64,000 nt of DNA from Tubiluchus corallicola (taxonomy: Eukaryota > Animalia > Priapulida), in contig JAQGDQ010000431.1 of assembly GCA_030141605.1 (NCBI GenBank), positions 135,005-199,004 of the forward strand, read 5' to 3'. The notes beneath the pieces are model-generated. The model saw nothing but the letters and a program-made list of their open reading frames with translations. It was not told where the DNA came from and did not search any database. The number at the start of each line of letters is the position of its first letter. The stretch's first letter is position 1. Shown here piece after piece: positions 54,116 to 64,000 of this stretch. The translations under genes and the position numbers were made by a program.

Positions 54116-56893
54116 GTAGTAGAAGGCAACGCAGCATGGAATTAAACGGAACAGAACAAAACAGTTACACAGCATGACACAGTAAACTATAACAGAATAA
54201 TCAGCTTTCACTCAAATCGCAAGACCATTTTTCCTTATAAGCCACAAATCAACTCACACGCATGCGCAGCGACTCTCTATGGTATTAACGAGCAGTATTA
54301 CATAGCCACGCACGAATGCACTTATGCCCTACACTATGTAATCAAGATAAGAATCTTGGAACTAATAATAGTTATTATAGCTAACTGAGAAGCAGCAATT
54401 TTACTAAATGACTTTGGCAATATATACACAGACTGACACTAGAATGGAATGAGAAATGTCTTGCAATCCACATTCATTGATGCGTCTTGAACATCTTCAG
54501 CATGTTTTGTTCTACAGTCCTAGCATTCAGATGATGATCGTGAGAAGGTCAAAGGTTAAGTGTACCAGACAACTATTTGTGTACACTTCATAACGCCTCG
54601 CAGCCCACGCTATTGCAACAGTAACAGTTCTAACAGATAGCTAGGTCCTTACCTAGTTCATTTTTTCTTGTTTCCAAGCAAGATCCTGCTAGTAAGCCAC
54701 TCTACGCACAGCCTAATGCATAATCAAGTAAAGTCCACGTAAAACAACTGAAATTAATGAACTGATGCGAAAGACGGCTTTGCTTTGCACACACGTCACG
54801 TGGCAGTTGCTTTTAAGATGCGTTGCTGTTATACACTTAACCTTTGACCTGCAGCAACTGCGCATGTGCACAAGGAAGTTGTGAAAAGGCTTATTATCTT
54901 GATGTATTTTTGTGATTGTTTCTATATTCATGATCATTTAAAAACATGCTATGCCATAAATTATGACATGGCTCGTATTTTGGAAAAATGAATGTCTTGT
55001 GAAACCACGAGTATGTTCTCACTCATGTCAATATTGTTGACGCCCGAAAACGAAGTCTAAAAACTTTCGATAACTCGCTTTAAAGAAAATGTCAAGCCTG
55101 CTGTGAATTTGAATGTCCGGGAAAAATGTTAGAAGGATTTGGCAATAAAAGATCACTTCATGCATGGGCGCTCCCATTTTAACACCCATTGTTCCACAAA
55201 TGGCGTCATTCGTTTTGAGGAAAAGTAGCGCACTGTCAATCTTCGTTAAAGTAGAATAGGTTTTTACAAAGAAATTAGATAGCTAATTTTATAGTATTTT
55301 TTGGTGAACAATTAGTAAGCTAAAGAAGTTTGAATTAGTTTAAGCAGCTCGAGCTTACGAAAAGTCACGAAGTCTCCCAGTTACGTCATAATTTTGAATG
55401 GCAGTTTGAAAACTTTATATAGCGGTAGCATAAATTAACTCTATGCTTCATAGGCATTTTTCGTCAATTTCTTTGTCATATTTCTCTAAGTTAAAGTGAT
55501 AACAGTCAAATAAACCTAACATGCTAAATGGCGTTTCCTCTTCTTCAAGAAATGAGCATTCTTGAACGTTTTTTCTACATGGCTCAAGAAAATACATAGG
55601 CTTATTAGGCAGAAGTATGTATATATAAGGATGTATTGTGCTGTAACTCTCAGTCAAGAGGTGTTCAGTTGTGACGTCGTGCACACGTTCGACAGCTGAT
55701 GCATAAGCACAGTGGTAAACTTGAACTTTAAGCTTAAAATTAGCCTAGCCAACACAGAATTTTGAAAGTTAGCACTGTACTTCAATTTTCGCTTTCGCAA
55801 ACACGTGCAACACGCTCGTAGAATATTTTTTCTGTTGAAAATTATGTTAGTTTGTGATGTCATCAACAGTTGGGTTCGCCCGCCGTTAATTAAGTTTTTA
55901 ATCTGTTATTTAATTATCAGAATTGCAGCATTAATTGTATTGAAATGTGTACTTGTTATTGGACTTGAGAATGGGGTACTATAATAAAAATCATCCTGCC
56001 TTCCTTTAAAGAGCAAGAAAAGGGGTACCCGAAGGGATTTCAGAAGAATCGCCTTAAAATTATATTACTCCATAGCAAGTTTATGCGCATATCGTACTCG
56101 TGTTAAAAGGAATTTCTGTTTGTTTTCATTTTAGATCTCCCGCAATACTGTTCCGACCGCGCCATTACATGACGTCACTACGCAAATGTAAATCAGTGAA
56201 GAAAAGAAAATGTTAAACTGTGTCCCAAAAAACTTTCCAAGCAAAGTTATATTACTTAGCATTAAACCTCCAGGGTGCACCACTCACTAAACAAAAATGC
56301 ATTTTAACCTTATTGACATGATACAGTAATTTAAAATTTTTCTTATTGACGTGTGTGCTACGAATGCTCTGATTATTTTTTCAAACTTTACAGAATGTTA
56401 TCTAAACTTGTTTCAAATGAGTTATCGTCAAAATGGCTGCGTCTAACGGTCATCGCGGGAGTTTAAATTTAAATGTTTTCTACGGCGTTACTGCCGACGC
56501 AAGTCTAATATGCAGAGAGGCAGTACGTAAAGTGGTAAAAAATTTCAAGACGAATTTTTAAGCTTCATGTAAGTGGAGTGTTTTCTTGTGCTTAATGTAA
56601 ATTCTATACGTGCATAAACAATGCAAACTTAATTTAGACTCGTCTCTACAGAGCAGTGCTAGACTTACGCATCACTGACATTTGGGAATAATAATTCAAC
56701 TCTTAATGTTGTTTTCAAGCCAACATCTTAGTGTTGCCTTTAATTGCTTATTTAAAATGCCAATTAACGGCCACTTCTGCCTACAATCAATACGCATAAA
56801 TTGTCATTAATGTATAAACGTCTCCCATTATGAGAGTTTTATAATGAGCGTCAGCAGTGTATTAAGAATGTAATAAAGACATGCGTCTCTTAA

Positions 56894-57499
56894 AGGAAGA
56901 CTTTTCATATATTACCCCATTTTCAAGTCTGATAAAAAGTATACCTTTTTACACAATTAATACTGAAAAAACCTTTCTGATAATTAAATAATAGATTAAA
57001 ATGTCAACTGGGCGAGCCCACATATTGATGACGTCACAAATTAACATAATTTTCAACAGCACAAATATTCCGTGAGCTTGTTGCACGTGTTTGCGAAAGC
57101 GAAAATTCAAGTGCAGTGCTACTGTAAGACATTCAGTGCGTTGTACTAAAACTAGGCAAGTTCTAAGATGAAAATTTAGATTTCAAACTTTAGCGCAGTT
57201 ATCAGGCATGAGCTGTCGAAAGCGTGCAGTACGTCACAAACAGACATCTCTAAACTGAGAGCTACAGCACATGTTTTTTGTGCAACGCATTTCCTAAATG
57301 CAGGTGCTAGTGCCCATTTGACTAGCGAATGGTGAAATACATGTAACAACGAAGAGCTAGTGGCGCGAACGTGAAATTATGTTTGTGCGGTAATAATTCT
57401 TTCACGTAAATCATTTCTGAAAAAATAGAATGTTTCCTTTCATTATTTTAAAGAATAGATTGTTTTAACCCACAGTTCAAGATTGGATCCGGTTTTCTT
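56894..57499. mobile_element. Kolobok-like family C
   Basis: TTAA-AGGAAGAC...CCGGTTTTCTT-TTAA; homologous to 60135-60741, 58336-58762, 11332-12327, ~51330-52145, ~55630-56005 and 63456-end. Confidence 0.85.
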
Positions 57500-57859
57500 T
57501 TAAGAGCAAAACTGCGGCACGTACGGCGGCCATGTTTGAACAGTTTCATAGCTCGCGATTATTACGTGTGGAAAAACTCGCGCTTTGGAGCATAATTGGA
57601 AGAAAAATGATCAAAATTGCGGTTTTCAATTAGCTAATTCAACAATGGCGGTGTTTACACTTCTGTATGCAGTAGCTGATGAAGTCGTTTTGATAGGAAA
57701 GTCTAATTGAGGTTATTGAACATCGTGTATTATCATAACATATTCATGTATTATGAGTGGTAAAGCAATGCACATTGTATCACTCAAAACACGAGTTATC
57801 AATAATGATTTTCCTCGAGAAGTTGAAGTTGACTTTGACAAATTTTTTTACTCTTGTAT

Positions 57860-58218
57860 CTTGCAAAATCATTCTCTGAAGCTTTTCGTGCGTCGAATAG
57901 CTAAAGTATCATTTGGTAAATTTTTCTCAAATCGAGTTGTACCGATCTGGAACTCATTGCCTGCATATGTTGATGGTGCACCCCTCGTAACTGCACAAAA
58001 TATTAAGTTATTTAAAAGCCGCTTATATGAAGTTAACTTGCATAAATTCTTTGTACACAATAGACACATGTAAGCAGTTAATCTCTTTGTGTCTTTACCA
58101 CACTCTTGTAAATATTGTATTTGTTTGTTTTTTGCCAACGTGTTTTATATTATATTATTTTTATTGTAGAATGTATTTTACTGTTGGGTGTGAATAAAAT
58201 AAATAAAATGAATAAAAT
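57860..58218 (+). mobile_element. CR1-type LINE 3' end
   Basis: HSLKLF..FFSNRVVPIWNSLP..FKSRL followed by an AATAAA-rich tail. Confidence 0.8.
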
Positions 58219-58335
58219 CGAAACTCACCCCACTCTGCACAAATATTAATTCAATTCATTTTATTAACTCCATAAAATTACGCCATCAGTACTTTTAGCT
58301 TCAATAACAATCAATGCCTATCGGTAGAACTTTAA

Positions 58336-58762
58336 AGGAAAACCGGATCCAATCTTTAAACAGGACCTCACAAACAACCTGCCTAACCCGTTGCACAAAA
58401 CAGGTGCTGTACCTCGCACTACAGACGCGTTCAGTTGTGACGTAGTGTACACGTTCGAGAGCTCATGCTGAGCACAGTGGTAAACTTGAATTTTGAAGTT
58501 TAAATTTTAAATTTGCCGAGTTTTTTTGTATATCACACTGAATATCTCACAAACACATTCAACACGCTCGCGAATTTTTGTGCTGTTGAAAATTATGTTT
58601 AGTTCTGACGTCACCACTAGTTGGCCTCGCCCGTTGTTAATTAAGTTTTTAACCCACTATTTAATTATGAGAAGCGCCTTAGCATTATTATATGTGTTAA
58701 AATGTTTACCTTTTACTGCACTTCACAATGGGGTAGGATATGAAAAATCATCCTGTTTTCCT
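58336..58762. mobile_element. internally deleted Kolobok-like family C copy
   Basis: TTAA-AGGAAAACCGGAT...ATCCTGTTTTCCT-TTAA. Confidence 0.85.
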
Positions 58763-58907
58763 TTAAGCAACTAAAAACGGGTACATATACCTATCCCTGG
58801 TTTTAATACAACACACTGAATCTCTTACAGTAGCCACTGTACTTCAATTTTCGCTTTCACAAACATGTGATGTTGAAAATTATGTTCAGTTGTGACGTCA
58901 TCACTAA

Positions 58908-59370
58908 CAGGGATGAGAATGACAAATTGCAAAAAACTCTGAAACAGGCCGGGGGTTTTGGTGCAATTTTGTGACCATAGAGAACCTCTAAGTCGAGTTA
59001 AAATATCAATTATCTTGTTTCGTGCATAATTTAAAATACACAACTATCAAGGATACATGATACCTGATTGTCTCAAAAATGCCTAACTAATGGCCGCTCC
59101 TATGCAAAAGTATATAAAAACTGTCTGCAATTGACTTAAATAACTTTGTACATTTGATTCTATATTCTTAGACATAGAGATATACACGTGGTTACACTGA
59201 TGTATGTGATGTAAACAAAGTGACGGCCTGCCAACTAGCGGTCAGCTTGTGAAATAATGTACTGGGTCAGTAAAAATTTTCTCAACGAATTTACGCGATT
59301 TACAAAAATGGTACTACTGCTCTTCCAAAAACTCAGAATTCCGCGTATCCAGGAAAAATTCTCATCCCTG
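58908..59370. mobile_element. CAG-terminated MITE with 6-bp TSD, nested in a family C copy
   Basis: Perfect 13-bp TIR CAGGGATGAGAAT; TSD CACTAA. Confidence 0.85.
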
Positions 59371-60134
59371 CACTAATTGGGATTGCCCGTTGTCAATTAA
59401 GTTTTCAACCTTTTATTTAAATATCGCAAACACTTTGGCATATTATCATAGATGCTAAAATGTATACTTTTTGCGGTACTTCACAAAGGAGTAAAAATGA
59501 TCTTGTTTTTCTTCAAGACTTCAACATAATACGTAAGTTCGTCTAATAGTGACTTACCTTAATACAAAAAGATCCAAAGGAAAACGACACAAAGGCAAAA
59601 AAGCGGCTGCAGTAGCCGTACCCTGCAGGGCTAGAAGCTGGCTGTGTCACACGCCCCGCGATACTCCTTTATTTACCGAGGTGTTTTTAGGGTAATTAAA
59701 ATTAGCAAGTCTTTGTTAAGCAAAGATCTTGACACATGGCGGCTTTATGTGGTGGATAAAACATAAAGGGATTAATAAGTTCAGCATTATGTTGTGCAGG
59801 TGTAGTTGTACAGGTGTAGCCACAAGCTATTAAAAGCATGTACGTTTACTACGTTAATTTATTTATATTCTTAGTTGTTTATTAGTGTTAGTTATACATA
59901 CTTATTTACTTTGTTCGTTATTTTACATACCTAATTATTTGCTGTTTTACTTGCTAAAAAAGCTATTTACTTACTTACTTATTTACTTGATTACTTACTT
60001 GCTATCTTGTTTACTTACTCGATGACTTGCTTGTTTACTTACTTGATGACTTGCTTGCTTACTTACTTGATGACTTGCTTGCTTACTTACTTGCTTATTT
60101 ACTTACCTGCTTACTCATTCACTTACAGACTTAA

Positions 60135-60741
60135 AGGAAAACAATATGATTTTTCATATCCTACCTCATTTTGAAGTAAGGTAAAAAGTATGCATTTTGA
60201 GAGGAATAATTCTGCAAAAAATTGTAATAATAGGTTACGAACTTAATTAACGGGCGAGCCCAGCTAGTGATGACATCACAAATGAACATAATTTTCGATA
60301 ATGCTAACAGTCTATGAGCGCGTGTTGTACGCGTTTGAAAAAGAGAAAATTGAAGTATAGTGCTACTGTAAAAGATTCAGTGTGTTGTACTAAAACTTGG
60401 CAAGTTTTAAGATGAAAATTCAAATTTCATATTTTTACCGCTGCGCTTACTCATGAGCTATCGAAGTGTATACTATGTCACAAACGAACAGCTCTGAACT
60501 GAGAGGTACAGCACCTGCTTTTGTGCCACGCGTTTCCGAAATGCAGGCGCTACAGCCCATACAGCTAACGAGAGGCGAAATGTACGTAGCTGCGAAGAAC
60601 TACGCGCGCGAACGGGAAATTGCGTTTACGTGGTAATTATTCTGTCGCGCAAGCCATTTTTGAAAAAAAGTACGCTTCCTTTCAATATTTCAAAGAGTCG
60701 ATTGTTTTGACCTACAGCTTAACATTGGGCCCGGTTTTACT
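60135..60741. mobile_element. Kolobok-like family C, full length
   Basis: TTAA-AGGAAAAC...CCGGTTTTACT-TTAA. Confidence 0.85.
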
Positions 60742-61094
60742 TTAAACACCATCTTAATTACTTACGTACCCACTTACTTACTCCTATGCCTTAAATCTTT
60801 CTCATAGAATTCAACAAGATTTTCTTCTTGGTGCTGTCCAGATTCATACCAGTAGTCTCAATAAAAATTACACATTAATGTTTTTCTGTTCCAAAATTTG
60901 TGTTCATTTAATGCTTTCTGTGTAAATTGTCATTGTGAACTTTTATGCTCATGGTAAATCTAGTAATAAATTCTAGTTCTAATAATTCTAAAAAATCAAC
61001 ACTTTCAACTCTGTATGTACAGCTAATGCAATCTATTCAACTTGCTTAATACAGAAAGTTTTTTGATTGCCTTTTACGATCTGTTGGGCCAATT

Positions 61095-61904
61095 CGAGCC
61101 AAGAATTTCATCTTGGATTAAGGCCTATTCCAGCCAAGAATTTCATCTTGGATTAAGGCCTATTCCAGCCAAGAATTTCATCTTGGATTAAGGCCTATTC
61201 CAGCCAAGAATTTCATATTGGATTAAGGCCTACTCCAGCCAAGAATTTCATCTTGGATTAAGGCCTATTCCAGCCAAGAATTTCATTTTGGATTAAGGCC
61301 TACTCCAGCCAAGAATTTCATCTTGGATTAAGGCCTATTCCAGCCAAGAATTTCATTTTGGATTAAGGCCTACTCCAGCCAAGAATTTCATTTTGGATTA
61401 AGGCCTATTCCAGCCAAGAATTTCATTTTGGATTAAGGCCTACTCCAGCCAAGATTTTCATTTTGGATTAAGGCCTATTCCAGCCAAGAATTTCATTTTG
61501 GATTAAGGTCTATTCCAGCCAAGAATTTCATCTTGGATTAAGGCCTATTCCAGCCAAGAATTTCATTTTGGATTAAGGCCTACTCCAGCCAAGAATTTCA
61601 TCTTGGGTTAAGGCCTATTCCAGCCAAGAATTTCATTTTGGATTAAGGCCTACTCCAGCCAAGAATTTCATCTTGGATTAAGGCCTATTCCAGCCAAGAA
61701 TTTCATTTTGGATTAAGGTCTATTCCAGCCAAGAATTTCATTTTGGATTAAGGTCTATTCCAGCCAAGAATTTCATTTTGGATTAAGGTCTATTCCAGCC
61801 AAGAATTTCATTTTGGATTAAGGTCTATTCCAGCCAAGAATTTCCTTTTGGATTAAGGTCTATTCCAGCCAAGAATTTCATTTTGGATTAAGGGCTATTC
61901 CAGC
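61095..61904. repeat. 35-bp homogeneous tandem repeat, about 23 copies
   Basis: Unit CCAGCCAAGAATTTCATYTTGGATTAAGGYCTAYT. Confidence 0.97.
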
Positions 61905-62768
61905 TTATCTACAAGGAAACGGAGTCTCCGGAGCACTGGAGTGTAGATGGAGAGATTGCGTGGGTGAAGAAGAGGGATTCACATAATCATAATAATTTCG
62001 CTACACGCTCATATCTCTGTTTGCTGGACAAAAGCAGGGAGACGAGAGTCCGAATTTTCCGATACTAAACTAATACAGCATGTATTAGACTCACGGTAAT
62101 GTAGAATCAATCTCCTAATTGTCTCAAAAACGTCTAATTCCATGCAAAAATTTATAATAATTATTGGAAATTTACTCAAATAACTCCACATAATTGACTC
62201 TATATTTTTCTGCACATGCTTAAACGTTACACGTTGTTACACGCTCCTTGGTTACACCGATGTAATGGTGTAAACAAAGTGCGGCCCGCCAACTAGCGGT
62301 CAGCTCGTGAAATAACGTAGTATGTGGGACTTTTTAACAGTTCAGATTTTGTTCGGTTCTTCCGATATGCGTAAAAGCGAGTTCCGGCAAACCGAGATAT
62401 GATGGAAACTTTACAAACGAACGTCGTCAAAGCGCCAATGTCTTCAACTCTTGTTATAGAAACATCAAATGCAATTTACAATGTCTGAATTTCTGATTGT
62501 TGATACTCCCAGCCCTGCAACCCTTTCGCAGGTCGCCTGCTCAGCAGAACATCAGTCGAATCAGAATTGCTAATCTACCATTATTCAAATTCCAGTTTAA
62601 TTACATTACGCGAACCCGTTGGCGTGCGGCAGACGAAGACGCGGCACGTGTCGGAGACCTCAAAGCGGCTGCCCTCCTGGGGATCCTTTGAAAAACATGA
62701 GTGGATTAGATTTAACTGTATGGAACGATATTCTTTCCTCGTTATTTGCAAGGGTTTCCTCCTCCAAC

Positions 62769-63284
62769 CAGTGGTGGTTCGTAGCTAAAATTAGTGGGGG
62801 TGCTGCATCGGAGAATTTTAGCCATTGTTTTAATACTGTGTAAAACGAAACTAACATACGTAATTTTAATGTTGTAATTGTAATTTTAACATTATACACA
62901 AACTTTATAAATCCTAAACAAAAAAAATATTTTTACTTTCTAAATTGTCGCAGTTCAAGCTTGATCCATTCACGGTAAGCACGTGACAACTAACAACAAA
63001 CGGTGTGAGCAACAGTACGTTCTCCATCTAGCAGCAGACGCTAGCAGTGCTGCGTACAGCGTGTTATCTCAGGCATGTGCGCATGGCCGCATGTACACAA
63101 CAACCAAGCACACCACTGTGCTGGGCTGTGAAGCAAACAGTATTACCCTCACGTCTTTCGGTTCCGTACAAGTATGAAGAAAGAACTAAAGAAAAAAGGC
63201 TTATTGTACTGAATATTATCAATAATGTTGAGTGAAAATAGGGGGTGCTGCAGTTCCACGGTACCTAAGCACGAGCCGCCACTG
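62769..63284. mobile_element. hAT-like MITE
   Basis: TIR CAGTGGTGGTTCGT / ACGAGCCGCCACTG with perfect 8-bp TSD CCTCCAAC. Confidence 0.88.
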
Positions 63285-64000
63285 CCTCCAACAGTAACTA
63301 CAACAAGCCTGAAAATTACGGTTGAGCGGTAATAAATTTTAAATTTATGCTTTATAGGCAGTTCTTTGCAAATTTGTTTGTCATATTTGTCTAAGTTTAA
63401 GTGATAACAGTAAAATAAAAACCCAACATACTGAGTGACTTGTTCTTTCCTTTAAAAGACCAAGACCCAGTCTTAACTGTAGCTCAAAACAAGATACCCT
63501 ATATATTATTGAAAGGAACGTACTATTTTTTCAAGAATAACTTACATAAAAGAAAGACTTACACAGAATGGTAATTTCGCATTCGCGCCATTAGTTCTTC
63601 GCTATTTCGCCATTCGCTAGTTAAATGGTACTAGTGCGTGCATCTCTGAAACGTGTCGCACAAAAACAAGTTCTGTACCTCTCAATTTAGAGGTGCTCAG
63701 TTGTGACGTAGCCCACACGTTCGAGAACTCATGCTTGTACTGCAGTAAACTTGAAACATGAATTTTAAACTTAATGTTTGCCAAGTTTTTGTATATTACA
63801 CTGAATCTCGCACAGTAGTGCTGCACTTCAATTTTCACTTTTGTAAACACGTGCAGCACGCTCGTGGAATGTTTGTGCTGTTGAAAATTATGTTCATTTC
63901 TTACGTCATCACTAATTGGTCTCACCCGCCGTTAATTAAGTTCGTAACTTATTATTTGGTTATCAGAAACGCTTTAGCATTATCTAAAATACTTTACCAT

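Noticed and set aside
53255-54211. Long ORFs of 267-318 aa
   Set aside because: Stop-free only because of the polypurine/polypyrimidine repeat
61095-61904. CRISPR-like 35-bp palindromic repeat
   Set aside because: Units are head to tail with no unique spacers, no cas genes, and the context is eukaryotic
62600-62690. GC-rich segment reading DPQEGSRFEVSDTCRVFVCRTP on the minus strand
   Set aside because: Weak splice signals and no recognisable homology; cannot be supported without transcripts

Overview
AT-rich, intron-rich animal (invertebrate-like) genomic DNA, not prokaryotic; nearly all ORF-track entries are spurious. The main gene is a complete 13-coding-exon mitochondrial aldehyde dehydrogenase (ALDH2-type) on the + strand, 10552-35288. 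Manual splicing gives 1563 nt = 520 aa with all introns GT-AG and in phase. A second, convergent gene on the - strand is represented by a 94-nt exon (47626-47719) and a 1041-nt terminal exon (41337-42377) encoding an unrecognised receptor-tail-like disordered region. The rest is a dense mosaic of non-autonomous DNA transposons (Kolobok-like TTAA/AGG families, hAT-like, piggyBac-like, CMC-like), LINE and SINE remnants, minisatellites and microsatellites. The most notable observations are a Penelope-like repeat with three minimal hammerhead ribozyme motifs in ALDH2 intron 11, a mixed ALDH2/ALDH1A intron signature, and directional CpG decay in repeats inside ALDH2. I see no clear evidence for a wholly new biological system.
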